37,528 nucleotides of DNA from contig NC_068983.1 of NCBI RefSeq assembly GCF_001194135.2, positions 26,912,336 to 26,949,863 of the forward strand, given 5' to 3'. Below, piece by piece: positions 12,942-23,925 of this stretch. Below the pieces are notes generated by a model that saw only the letters and a program-made list of their open reading frames with translations, did no database searches and was not told where the DNA came from. Each line of letters opens with the position of its first letter. The first letter of the stretch is position 1. The stretch comes from Octopus bimaculoides (taxonomy: Eukaryota). The position numbers and the translations under genes were made by a program.

Positions 12942-14640
12942 TGATTCAAGGGTTCTTGCCGATAGAGAAAGAGCCGGTTTCTAACCTAGATTCACAAAGA
13001 CACGTCAGCAATACGGTATTTTTGTATGCATTTATGTATGCGTATGTGCAGATTTGTACGATTTTATTTACGTTATTTACATTATCTATATTCGACGGAT
13101 ATTTGTCCTGATCTTGCTTGTTGTTAACACAACGTTCGGTTGATATACCCTCCAGCCTCCTTCGGGTGTCTTGGGGAAATGTGAGGTTATTTTGAAAAAC
13201 AAAAGTCAAGAAATTTGACAGTAATTTAGAGAGGCTTCCATTACGAGGGATAAGAGTATCTAGAGATATGATGTCGAAAGCAAATAAGATTCGGGTGGGT
13301 CCGGGCAAAAATCGAGAAGGAAAAGGAATTTAGAAAACGAAGAGCGTGATTGGTGTTGTCAATGTCTGAAGGGAGGGAAGACACTGAGAAAACAAGGACG
13401 AGATCGGGGTATTTCGAGATTCAGTAGGAAAATTTCATGTGGAGGCAAAGGGACAGTCTGTTTGGGGGTATATCGATATTAGGAAAGAAATGATTGTGTT
13501 GCATGAAGTTCGGAAAACAATGTTGGAAACGATACGAGGTAGGAGACGGAGGAAGAAATAAATTATTGAATGGTGGAAGAAACAAACCGCTGTTTGTGAA
13601 CCGTGGATTCGGAGAGTAGAGATCAGTAGAAGGTGGTTTCTTGGCGTTGGCTGAGCGCCCCATCTCTGTAGCGGTCCGCACTCTACGCAATCCAAGCTCC
13701 ACAATTGTCTGCGAACAGACGGCTGAGAATCCCTCTTGGGAGAGGCTGAGTTTACGGAGCTACCTCTGGAAGCTGAAGAGATCTAGGGAGCAGTGGACTG
13801 CATTTAACTGGCCAGGAGCCTAGGTCCAGTAGGATGTTTGGAAACCCAGATCAGTGAAGCAATCGTGTTTATTGCATTGACGTGGAGCATTGTGGAAGCG
13901 AGTGTGCAGGTTCACTCGGAGCACAAACTGTTGTATTTCAGCCCGAATTTGAATCTCGTAGCACGGCGTGGTAAGAGGTATGAAGCGGAGATCTCTACTA
14001 AGGAGAGAAGACTCAGCTTCACCGATAGGAAAATCATGGGAAATAGTAACAACAGAGTGAAGGGGAGAGGTATGATTAAAGAGCATCAGCGTGTAGTGGG
14101 AGAAGTGGTGGTAGCTGTGGTACACTGGGAAGAGATACAAAAGAAGAAAGTAATGTAAGGGAAGGGGAAGATAATGTAAGGCTGGGTGGAGGAGTAAACG
14201 GTGGTGGAGGGTGGGGAAAGAGTGGAGGGTTATAACAGGTGTGGTGAATGGAGGGGTGTAGTGACATCGGTTGGGACAGGATGGAAGATTGAGTGGTGAT
14301 TTTAGTGCTTAGTACGAGCAGCAAAGTCGTGAAGAAACAGGCTGATGTGGAGAAAGAAGATAAACAGCGAAGTAGTTGAAGATGGAGAAGGGTGCGTATT
14401 TTGGTGAGACTAGAGCTCATAGATGCGGTGCCGAAGATGTTTTCGAAAGAGAAGACACAGGAGGTAGGATGGAAGTGGGGACGGAAGCCTTTGGGGATGA
14501 GGTTTATGTGAATGTAGCGTCTGAGGAAGGAAATATGGCTAGAGAAATAGGGGCTTCTGAAGATGTCTTGTTAATGACTGAGAGATGCTCGGAAGCAGTA
14601 GATACGAAACATTTTGAGGTAATGTTTTGATATAGTGGTG
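12942..14640 (-). mobile_element. Penelope-like retroelement, decayed: N-terminus and first half of RT joined to a hammerhead-containing 3' segment
   Basis: Minus-strand pseudo-ORF from ATG at 14612: SHISFLRRYIHINLIPKGF (PLE N-terminal motif); GEAESSLLSRDLRFIP...YWT*APGQ; ADNCGAWIA*SADRYRDGALSQRQETTFY (ADKGGAVVVWRxDLY motif); CPFAST*NFPTE (RPIVSxCxCPTE); SLPSDIDNTNHAL (LPSYIKDTNHAL); ILFAFDIISLDTLIP (FxxDVxSLYTxIP). It then jumps near 13180 into a hammerhead segment and AT-rich 3' region. Confidence 0.9.
13127..13169 (-). ncRNA. Degenerate type I hammerhead (same family as 33410-33453)
   Basis: ACAC-CCGAAGGA-GGCTG(gagggtatat)CAACC-GAA-CGTT-GTGT. Core substitutions and one A missing from GAAA, so likely inactive. 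Retains the palindromic AACGTT stem III. Confidence 0.75.
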
Positions 14641-15318
14641 TAAAAAGAGAAAGAATGATTTAAGAATCAGTTTGTTGGTCGAATAAGAAACAGAAGATAA
14701 AAAAAATAAAGGAAGTTATGCTCTTTGTGAATTTCCATTGAAAAGTAACAATTACATTGATATATTCATTGAATGGTGGATATTTAATTGCATATTCTTC
14801 GCTTTCTCTGATACACTCAACCCCCGAAGATACCTGAATTATTCTGAAAAAATGTCATTACCAATATTTCACGGTAGGAAGCGGGATTCATTACAAAAAA
14901 ATTACATTTCAGCAATCTTTGTGCAATGCATTATTCCTCGTTGATTTGGGGCGAGCAAAAATAAATGATATTACTTATGGTATATGCACATACATGTGAC
15001 ATGTATATGTATGTATATGTAAGGTATATACGTGTGTATGCTTTTTCTAATATATGTATGTACAATTCTGCCTCAATTGCGGATAGCGCTTCTCTTTGGA
15101 GTAGATGAAAAAAGAATGACCGTACACGAGAACGCGAGAAGAGTTATAATTGGTGTTTTTTCTTTTTCCTTTTACTCTACGATGGAACAATTTTGCTAAA
15201 CTTTTTATTTTCATTTCTTTTGGAAGATTCTTGAAATAGATATTACGATTTGAAATAGATAGTGTTATATTCAGCGGGTGGTTATCACACACAGTATTTA
15301 TTTGATATGACTTAATAG

Positions 15319-15319
<1 letters not shown>

Positions 15320-15356
<37 letters not shown>
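15320..15356. repeat. (ATT)n microsatellite
   Basis: Directly visible. Further (ATT)n tracts at about 15747-15778 and 15988-16023. Confidence 0.97.
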
Positions 15357-15436
15357 GGTAATACTTATAGGATTGAGGTAACTCCTCCAGAAGAAATAGA
15401 AGCAAAAAAAAAAAGGAGAGTGCCATTGTTATCATG

Positions 15437-15477
15437 TGAACGATATTTCGATATCTCGTGTATCTTCCACGGGTTTA
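15437..15477 (-). ncRNA. Hammerhead-like fold with variant core (copy 1)
   Basis: TAAAC-CCGTGGA-A-GATA(cacgaga)TATC-GAAA-TA-TC-GTTCA. Correct topology and spacing; core differs from CUGANGA at positions 4 and 6. Confidence 0.5.
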
Positions 15478-15682
15478 AAAAAATAACTTGTCAATCTACT
15501 TCATTTGTGGTAATACTTATAAGATTGAGGTTACTCCTCCAGAAGATATAGACGCAAAAAGAAAAGGAAGAGTGATAACAATGACACTCTGCTTTTTTTT
15601 TGGGGGGGGGGGATTTGCTTCTATATCTTCTGGAGGAGTTACCACAATCCTATAAGTATTACCAAAAATTAAGTTTATTATT

Positions 15683-15723
15683 TAAACCAGTGAAAGACGC
15701 ACGAGATGTCGAAATATCGTTTA
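15683..15723 (+). ncRNA. Hammerhead-like fold with variant core (copy 2)
   Basis: TAAAC-CAGTGAA-A-GAC(gcacgagat)GTC-GAAA-TA-TC-GTTTA. Perfect 5-bp stem I, palindromic ATAT stem III, AUC triplet. Confidence 0.5.
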
Positions 15724-15745
15724 CTAGATAGCAATGGCACTCTTA

Positions 15746-15777
<32 letters not shown>

Positions 15778-15779
15778 TT

Positions 15780-15983
15780 ATGTTTGACTTTTGTTTTGAA
15801 TTTGTACAAGTTGGATCCAAGTCTCACCCAGAGACCTCAAGAGACAACAAGTTAGAAGTTCATGTAGGTGTTATGCCTAGGGTACCATATATTTGGATTT
15901 GTACAGTTTTGTTCAAGTGAATGTTTAAGAAACCATAAGAAATGTATGTGTTTGCTTTAAAATTTGAGATCACATAGACAGTA

Positions 15984-15987
<4 letters not shown>
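15780..15987 (-). mobile_element. 3' end of a non-LTR retrotransposon, probably R4/Dong-type, with a (TAA)n tail
   Basis: Minus strand reads KILSM* (stop at 15972-15970), a roughly 190-nt 3' UTR containing a GTCTC/GAGAC stem, then (TAA)n. The family call rests on recall of R4/Dong C-termini (…ILRKxL) and their TAA targeting; only 5 residues are visible. Confidence 0.5.
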
Positions 15988-16024
<37 letters not shown>

Positions 16025-16034
16025 GTTTATTTGT

Positions 16035-16078
16035 TAGAGTTCTTTCGTCACACATTCTGTGACTACTTCAGCGACTTT
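16035..16078 (-). ncRNA. Hammerhead-like fold, 3'-truncated or degenerate
   Basis: CTGAAG-TA-GTCACA(gaatg)TGTGAC-GAAA-GAACTCT-A. Perfect 6-bp stem II, A9 substituted, near-palindromic stem III, no stem I partner downstream. Confidence 0.6.
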
Positions 16079-16760
16079 CTGTTCCTCGTGTCAACTCTTC
16101 ATTATGGTATTGTCCTACCCATTTCCTTTTGTCTTTCTGCTGTATTTGTTCAAGCATCTACGTTTGTGCCTGTGCGTGTCTATGTGTTCAGAATATGTAT
16201 GTGTACCTTGTGTGTATCTATCGGTTTCTATATTACAATCTTTGTACACGTGTATTTTTATATAGTATTTTATATTATATGTTTATTTACTTTTACATTC
16301 TGCAGTTATTCATTTATTCATTATTTTTTTCTTTTCTGTTCTGGCTTTAGTCATCAGGTACTGTTGTGTGGTGGAGTGGGAGGTTCGATCTATTTTGTAT
16401 TGTATTCGGTCTATTTTGTATTATTTGTGTGACGTCCATAGTCTGACTGATTGTCATATTCTATGTGTCGATAGGATCCTAAAATCTATGTTATCCACTG
16501 TGCCCCCGTCCTCTTATTTACCATGCTGGTATAGCAATGACAAATCTTTTCCTTCGTGGGTTCCCACCTGTTTTCACTTATCCTCTTACTTATGCTATGA
16601 GCTGCCTCTCCAATGTAATTCGTTGTCCTGTTCTGCACCGTCTCTCTGTACACCTCATCCTATTGACAAAATTACTAATTGTACAGTTTATCAGTAAGCT
16701 TAATCTAAGCACCATACATTTCCTCTCCGTACAAGACCTTTTTTTTTATATGGAAACGTT
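16035..16760 (-). mobile_element. Penelope-like element 3' end: GIY-YIG endonuclease remnant, 3' UTR and terminal hammerhead
   Basis: Minus strand CTERKCMV...CTISNFVNRMRCTERRC / TNYIGEAAHSISKRISEN matches the PLE pattern C..NVVY.I.C..C...YIGET.R.L..R..EH (YIG at 16617-16609). Ends in a hammerhead-like fold just before (TAA)n. May extend to about 17050. Confidence 0.85.
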
Positions 16761-18135
16761 CTACAGATCAAAAATGTTTTGGGAGTCTGGGAATGACATA
16801 GAAAGAACTGAGAGGAAAATAGGTAAGGTCAACTGTTGGTATGAGAACCAAAAACGCCAATGTCATGTTTGCCGGTGCTACCCCTAGAGGTGAACTATTC
16901 TAAAGTAAGATGAATCTACAGATTGAAGTAGTAGAATGGCCAGAACCTCTCTGGTTATGAACAATTTTTATTTTAAGAGATTTAACTAGTGTATTCAGTA
17001 TGGGGCGTAAAGCGGGCGGCGTATAGTAAGACAATCATTGAGGGGTTGCTGGCTTACAGTTTCATATTCTATTATCCGTGGTTACTTATATGTGAGGGAA
17101 ATTTATTTGCTGAATAAATAGTTGGATCGCTCTTACGTCGATGTCGCCAAAAGGGAACAGCTAAAACTAAGTTCTCGCACACTGTTGCATAAAAACTCCA
17201 CTTGATTTTACAAATAATATTGTTACAAATTCCTAGCGAACATGTATATGTAACAATTTGTGTACTATATGGGAATACGTATATATTTACGTATAAACGA
17301 CCAATCAAGAAAGCAATAAGGGAAAATGTTTGCCATTTATGTGAGTTAACTTAGGTGTTATGCACTTTAATAATAATCAAATATAATGCTCTAGCTAATA
17401 TAAGTATCAGTATAATTAACTGACGTATTACATCTGAAAACATACTCATAGGTAAGTCCTGTAATGATATATTTGCAACACTTTCTTACCTTTTATATAA
17501 ATCCACGTGATTTTGGAAACGTCATTTTGAAATCCATATTACTTCGTATTTCCTGTTGCTTTTCAAACACTAATGTGCGATGTTATATTCTTTCGTCGGA
17601 TATCTAGAGACGACAAAGAGTCTAGCTATACTTCTCCTGCCAAAATTCCATAATTCACTTATACATTTTTTTCCGTAGTTATAAATTATTTGCTGCTAAT
17701 AATTCTAGCAGACTTCCAGATAGGTGAATTGAGAAAATTTGGAGGAATATCGTATACTTATTTACGTATACATTTCAAATTCGAGCTGCTTCATTTATTT
17801 ATTTATTTATTTATAGATGTCTGATAAAGTATATTTTCAGTAAACTGTGACGGTGGAATATGAAGCTACACGATACACTTGGAAATTTGCGATTTATGCC
17901 AGTCTTGGAAACAATTCATTTAATGTATTGTATGTGTGCAGTTACTTTTAAATAATGTTATCTTAATATCTATGAAGATAAACAGCAATTCCGATAGAAT
18001 AAATAACGTACACCTACTAAATATTTTCCTCCCGACATTATATGAAGCTTTCGTGTAGGTTATAAGCAGATGACAATTTAGTATCTTAAATTATAGAAAC
18101 TCTTAATATCAAGTGAGTGTATAAAATACAGCATT

Positions 18136-18137
<2 letters not shown>

Positions 18138-18172
<35 letters not shown>
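18138..18172. repeat. (TA)n microsatellite
   Basis: Directly visible. Confidence 0.95.
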
Positions 18173-18174
<2 letters not shown>

Positions 18175-19143
18175 AATTGACAGTTCGTTTCTAACATAGT
18201 CTTCACTTCCGTAATGCTGTTAAAATATAAATAAGATGCTTGAAATATATTTTTCGTTCATATTGATATAAACAACAGAATAACACCTTAGTAAAAATAT
18301 AAGGGAATAAATAGAAACATTATGACACTAATCATTCAATCATGTCATGCTCTTCACAATTGTCTGCTCAATACATACACTCAATACATACACATAAAAA
18401 CAAACACACACACACCCAAATGCTTTTATATGCGGGTACATATCTATCCATTTATGTATCTGTCTATATATGTGTGTGTGTGTATATATATGTACGTATG
18501 TATGCATGGATGGATGGATGCATGTACGTATATAATCAAGGTATAGAAATGGCGTACTCTGAGTGAATAAGATAATGCAATTTAAAATTTCAAACAACAT
18601 CCCCTCGCTACCCCTGAACTCTAAACAACTACCAGAATTCAGTTTGCTTCGACCGAAGGTGGTTGAAGGACTCTGAATAAAGATGCTCAGAAAATTATGC
18701 CCTATTCCATATACAACTGCCCGTACTCTGCGAAGTGGAAACATGTGTAGGTCGTTGTAACCATAAAAAATATGCTGTATGGCATTCTAAAATAAATTTT
18801 GAGGATGCTTCAGTCTCCATGTTCTCTATAGCTATAATTAATACTTATGTACACTCCATGGATAATTCCATGTTCATGAAGTGAAGACGGAATTGCCCAT
18901 CGGAATAATTTACAAAGTGAGTAACACCTATTAGTCATATACGTTAAATACTAATCGATGCGGTCAGCCGTAACCCGGAACATAACAGAGAGCCACAACA
19001 GTATCCGCCAGGATAGTATATCCCTTAAACTCTCATTGATTTGTATGTGTGTGTGTATGTGTATATATATGGGTGTGTCCAATCGTGATACATACATATA
19101 CATATATGCACCCATATATACACATATATATATATTTACAGAG

Positions 19144-19149
<6 letters not shown>

Positions 19150-19200
<51 letters not shown>
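19150..19200. repeat. (TG)n microsatellite
   Basis: Directly visible. Confidence 0.95.
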
Positions 19201-19201
<1 letters not shown>

Positions 19202-19945
19202 AATAGATGCGTATAAAGCTAAGGATGGAATTATGAGACTATAGAAGGGAATATTTAATTACTAGAGTTTATAACGTCATAACAACTCAATGCGGCAGAT
19301 ATAGCTATGAATGTATGCTGCGATTTTATAACAGAAGCAGGAATAATCTACTACACATCTCTAACAATAAGAAATTATGCAGTAGTTGCAATATACGTCG
19401 AAGGAGAGCTACTCGTTTACTCACGGCTTAACTGTCGTTGACATCAAGGATAGTGGGAATACATATCAAATAGGATCGGAAATATTAAGAAAGTCTTATA
19501 TACAACTGAAAAATAAAACTCCGACAAAGGCGGTAAAAAACCGTCAGATTGTTGCTTATCTAAAACGTCTGCAAATATTTATATACAAGTTCTCATGTTT
19601 GATATTTCTTGAATTCTATAATGGAAGGACAACAACATTATTATTCTGTTTTCTTATTTGAAAGCTTAATCTTGGTCATTGTTGATGGGAATACAAAATA
19701 TTAGTACATATGAGCCCGATATATCAAACGGCAATTGATATATCATGGTCAACTGGTGATTGTGATTATGTTCAATTCTCCACATGAAGGCATGTGGCAA
19801 ACATTCTGCCACTGGAACGTCTAGGAAAAACTTGAAACTTTTACTATTATTTTCCACATATACAATCTTTTTAGAAATGGAGATTTATAATTCAAATTTA
19901 ATACACACTTATACGTATGCGTATACATATGCACAACATACATAT

Positions 19946-19949
<4 letters not shown>

Positions 19950-19992
<43 letters not shown>

Positions 19993-20005
19993 ACACACAC
20001 ACACA
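19950..20005. repeat. (CA)n microsatellite
   Basis: Directly visible. Confidence 0.95.
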
Positions 20006-21244
20006 AACGCGCTCACGCACTCAAGCACACCTTCACACTCCCACACTCAAACACAAAGATATATATGTAAATCACATACAATCTTGAACATTTCTAGGTT
20101 TAAGTTAATTATTTCATTTCTTTCCTCTATTATCGAAATATTTGTCCAGATGTTTGTGATGTAAGTCTTATTGGCGTTTTGTATGCCACACTTTTCACTA
20201 CGATAGGAATATTGCATTTTCATTTAACAGGGATTTATTCACTTAAGATACTGCTTTCTTTTGGAAAAGAATGAAATAAATTTATAAGATTGGTATATAT
20301 TGTTGATGAATTCAGATTTTCTGAGTGATATGATGGTAAATACTTGAGTTATTCATCCATCATTCAAACATATCTGCCAGTGACAGAAACATTATATCGA
20401 TAGGGTTTAGTACAAAGGATTGACTTATTAAATCGTTAAGCGTATATAGAGAAGGGGCATGCATACGCGATTACAATTACATAGTTGTGAGAAGACATTA
20501 GTGGTATGCGAATTTAAAAATTAGATGATTGTAATATATATTTAAGGACATTAATTGAATCTGATAGTGTTCCGTTTCCGTAATAGCTAAATAATTTCAG
20601 ATCAGTTTATAACAATTTGATCAACACTAGTATAAGACAATTATTTCACTTATCTACATCACAAGTATAAAACAACCGGCAATATTGAGAATCATATATG
20701 TACATACTTCTTATTATGTCGAATTAAGAAAACTTATAATACCTATAGCTGCAATATGTCCTTGAATAATTACGTACGTTTTTTTTTTTATTTTGTGGTT
20801 TTACAGCTGCTGTTACAAGCATCGAATACCCTTTGAGATACAAGTGTCAGATAATTACTTGACCAACAGTAATTTACGAGAACTTTATATTATCGGTACA
20901 ACACGTTTGACAAAAAGATTAGCTAAATATCATAATCTACTATATCGCATGCCCCTTTTTCTCTCATTGATCCATGTATTGATTGGGACTTAAAGGAATG
21001 ATTATGTATGTTTATGTATAATTATTTATGTGTACGTATATGCAGATACATCTGAGTGTATGTGTGCCTACGAAAGCATTTGCATGTGAGGGGAAAGAAC
21101 AGCGCCCTTTAGCTTCAACCTTGTAACTTTCTTTTACCTTGACGTAGTAACTATTTCCTTTTTTCCGTTTTATCTGTTTTACTTTTTGGTTTTCATCTTT
21201 AAGAGCTTCAAACTGTCTTACATTTACACAGACATGCGAGGCGC

Positions 21245-21263
21245 ATGTGTGTGCATGCGTGTG

Positions 21264-21341
<78 letters not shown>
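21245..21341. repeat. (TG)n microsatellite
   Basis: Directly visible. Confidence 0.95.
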
Positions 21342-21346
<5 letters not shown>

Positions 21347-21842
21347 GTGATTCTACATGTAACTGAACTTTTACGAACGATTTACTATTTACCAGTGACT
21401 TCTTCATTTTCCAGCATTTGTCAGTACTGAGTATGTGAAATACCAGTTTGCTAGTTCAACTAATCCTGCATCATTCTGTAGCCATCGCAAAATGTCTTGC
21501 TGTTTACATTCTGAGGAAACCGATGGAGTAACGATTCACATGTTATGTGTGTGTGTGTATGTCTGTGCGTCTGTGAGTGTGTGTGTGTTTGAACGAATAT
21601 ATATGTATGTACGTATATATATATATATATATATTAGAAGGTTGAAAAGGAACACACGAGTTGACATATATGGAAAAAAAAGTCAAGGTAGAAAATGCTG
21701 AAATAATTTTATCAAAAACATTTCAGTACCGGTTTCAGACGTTGATACTTTTTCAACTGAAAGTATAGAAAACAATTAAATTTGGGGAAAATTAAAAGAA
21801 AAGTTTTTTGAAAGGATACTAAGTAAATATTCTTTAAAAAAG

Positions 21843-22089
21843 AACTCCCCAGACTGCAACACCCTTGATTATTATTTGTGGAGCTCTGTTGAGCGAGATA
21901 CCGACAAAACTCTTTGAAACACCAAAGTTGAACTGAAGGCAAGTATTATGGCAGCATTCACCAACTTAAACAGGGAGACCATCCAGAAGAGTTGCAGCAG
22001 ATTCTGAAATCATTTGTAGGCCGTCGTTGAAGCCAATGGCGATTTTATCGAATAAATTTACTCTTTAGTATTTCAAGATATTTTTTATG

Positions 22090-22095
<6 letters not shown>
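21843..22095 (+). mobile_element. C-terminal fragment of a Tc1/mariner transposase (probably DD37D/maT)
   Basis: NSPDCNTLDYYLWSSVERDTDKTL*NTKVELKASIMAAFTNLNRETIQKSCSRF*NHL*AVVEANGDFIE* (21843-22055); contains the SPDxNPxD motif with the third catalytic D. Confidence 0.85.
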
Positions 22096-22134
<39 letters not shown>

Positions 22135-22144
22135 GCAAAATGAA

Positions 22145-22249
22145 ACGCAAAATCGACCATGGCGAAATTTGAACTCAGAGCATAAAGACAGACGAAATGC
22201 CGCAAGCATTTTGCCTCGCGTGCTAACGTTTCTGCCAGCTCAGCGCCTT
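22145..22249 (-). mobile_element. 5' (tRNA-related) part of a SINE, same family as 29704-29915
   Basis: Reverse complement aaggcgctgagctggcagaaacgttagcacgcgaggcaaaatgcttgcggcatttcgtctgtctttatgctctgagttcaaatttcgcc matches 29702-29790. Confidence 0.85.
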
Positions 22250-23754
22250 GATACGTCACATATATTACATATATGAAACATAATAGTTTGCAGAATCGTT
22301 CCCCTGTAAAGACGTCGGAGTCTAAGTTTGAATTGAGGGTATTACTGACTTCTATACTCTGAATCCCTGCATCTCATATATTGAATGAATATAAGTGTGT
22401 GTGTGCCTGTATGTCTATATAAAAATTGAGTTTTCCAATGCAACACCATTTATCGAATTCGAAATATTACTAGTTTAACATTCACAGCATATGTGTTTAA
22501 CTCAATAAACTCAATATGAAGTAATCGATTTGTTTTTTTTTTCTTTTTTCATTAGACATTAATTGCAAATTTGTGATTTGGTTTCAATAATTATTATAAG
22601 AATTAACTGAAATTCCATTTATCATCATTTAAACGACTCACTAATACATAACACATTCATTCACGGTTTTAATTAGAAAGAATTTTTATTTTATTTATTT
22701 CGAGTTTTGTTTTATAATTTAAAACACTCTTCAAGAGGTTATTTTCCTTATGTCCTGTAAACTAATTAATAAATCAAATAATTATAGTTCCCTTCATTAA
22801 CAAAATAATAAATTTGTATTGATTAATATAATTTTATTGATTACTCTTAATTAGTATTTCGATACGAATTAATGTGCAAGGGTTATCTAGTCGCTTCATA
22901 TTCTTATTCTTTGTTCTACGATGTGCATAATCAATATCTACTGATTAAATAGGAAATATCTACAAAAGTAGTTGTTTGCTCCCATTCCAGTTGTAATGGG
23001 CGTATACCAGGAAATACGTTGCAGCTGTGACTAAAACTTTTATATAAGAAAAAATGCCTTTATTTCCAAGTGTATCCTTTTCTCTCAATAAATTTGACGA
23101 GTGATTAACGTAAGCATTAGCTGGTACCTATAGCAGGTTCATCAGCCACATAAAAGACTCCTGAGCTGTTGAAGTATGTTTCACTAACATGGGAGAATCT
23201 GTAGATTATAAAGAAATTTACTCGTTTTCATACCTTGCCTCTAGTCATCAATGATAGAAAACATAATTCATTAATCATGATGAAGAATGAATATGTCGTT
23301 TATGTTTATAATTTGTATACATTATCCAGGAGGAAATTCAGTTCCAAACCGATTAGATTTAAGGATGATTTGCAGCTATTTCTGGATAGAGAAGATGCTA
23401 TATAGAATATTGTTTCCTAAACATTTGCTAATACTGCAATTCTTTCATGTCCAGTCGATTTAGGCAGTACTCCTTAAATCTGCTTAGCGTTCGAAAGCAT
23501 GAGAAGTTGAATTTGTATCTCGCACATCTTGTATTTTAGAGGAAATACTTATTTTTAAATAAATGCATAGATATGATCACAGTTCTTGGCAAAATTAAAA
23601 ATTAATTACATGATAATTACTATCATCATATGACTAGCAAAATGGGATTTACATAAAATTCAGAAGGATAAGTTTACATATTCGATTTGTCTATTTTTCA
23701 AAAATCTTCGATGTTGCGACTTGTCTTTCTGAGCGCAAATCTAAGCCACACATG

Positions 23755-23925
23755 TTTACCTATGTGCGTAAGCGAAAGCATGATATTGTAATCATTCGAC
23801 TTTGTCTGTTTGTCTGTGGTTTTTCAAAATTACTGGAAGACAGCTGAACGGATTTTCACCAAATTTGGCAGAAATACTCATTGGGTGAGTGGCTCGAAAT
23901 GATTAAAATATTGTTTGATTATCTT
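23755..23925 (+). mobile_element. Helentron/DINE-1-like non-autonomous element fragment
   Basis: Layout TTTACC...(TGTC)n-like tract...AACGGATTTTCACCAAATTTGG resembles the conserved core of Helentron-associated MITEs. No termini confirmed. Confidence 0.45.

Larger units (their letters stand above)
15357..15743. mobile_element. 152-bp tandem and inverted repeat unit with a hammerhead-like fold (PLE pseudo-LTR or retrozyme-like)
   Basis: GGTAATACTTATA.GATTGAGGT.ACTCCTCCAGAAGA at 15357 and 15509 (period 152) and inverted at 15615-15663. The second half of the unit (AGAGTGCCATTG...GGTTTAAA) at about 15417-15480 is inverted at about 15680-15743. Confidence 0.8.

Noticed and set aside
14557-14585. 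CTGAAGAT-GTC...GAC hammerhead-like start
   Set aside because: No GAAA after the stem and no stem I/III; lies antisense within the PLE ORF.
13641-14630. + strand ORFs 13641..13823, 13838..14158 and 14376..14630
   Set aside because: Antisense shadows of the Penelope pseudo-ORF.
15357-15743. CRISPR-like or DNA-transposon TIR interpretation of the repeats
   Set aside because: Eukaryotic context, no repeat-spacer pattern, and the tandem-plus-inverted permutation does not fit simple TIRs with a TSD.
19420-19460. Cadherin-like peptide TILDVND on the minus strand
   Set aside because: Followed immediately by a stop, with no other cadherin motifs; chance.
23120-23146. Minus-strand CTGATGA-ACCT...AGGT
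   Set aside because: Not followed by GAAA; no hammerhead topology.
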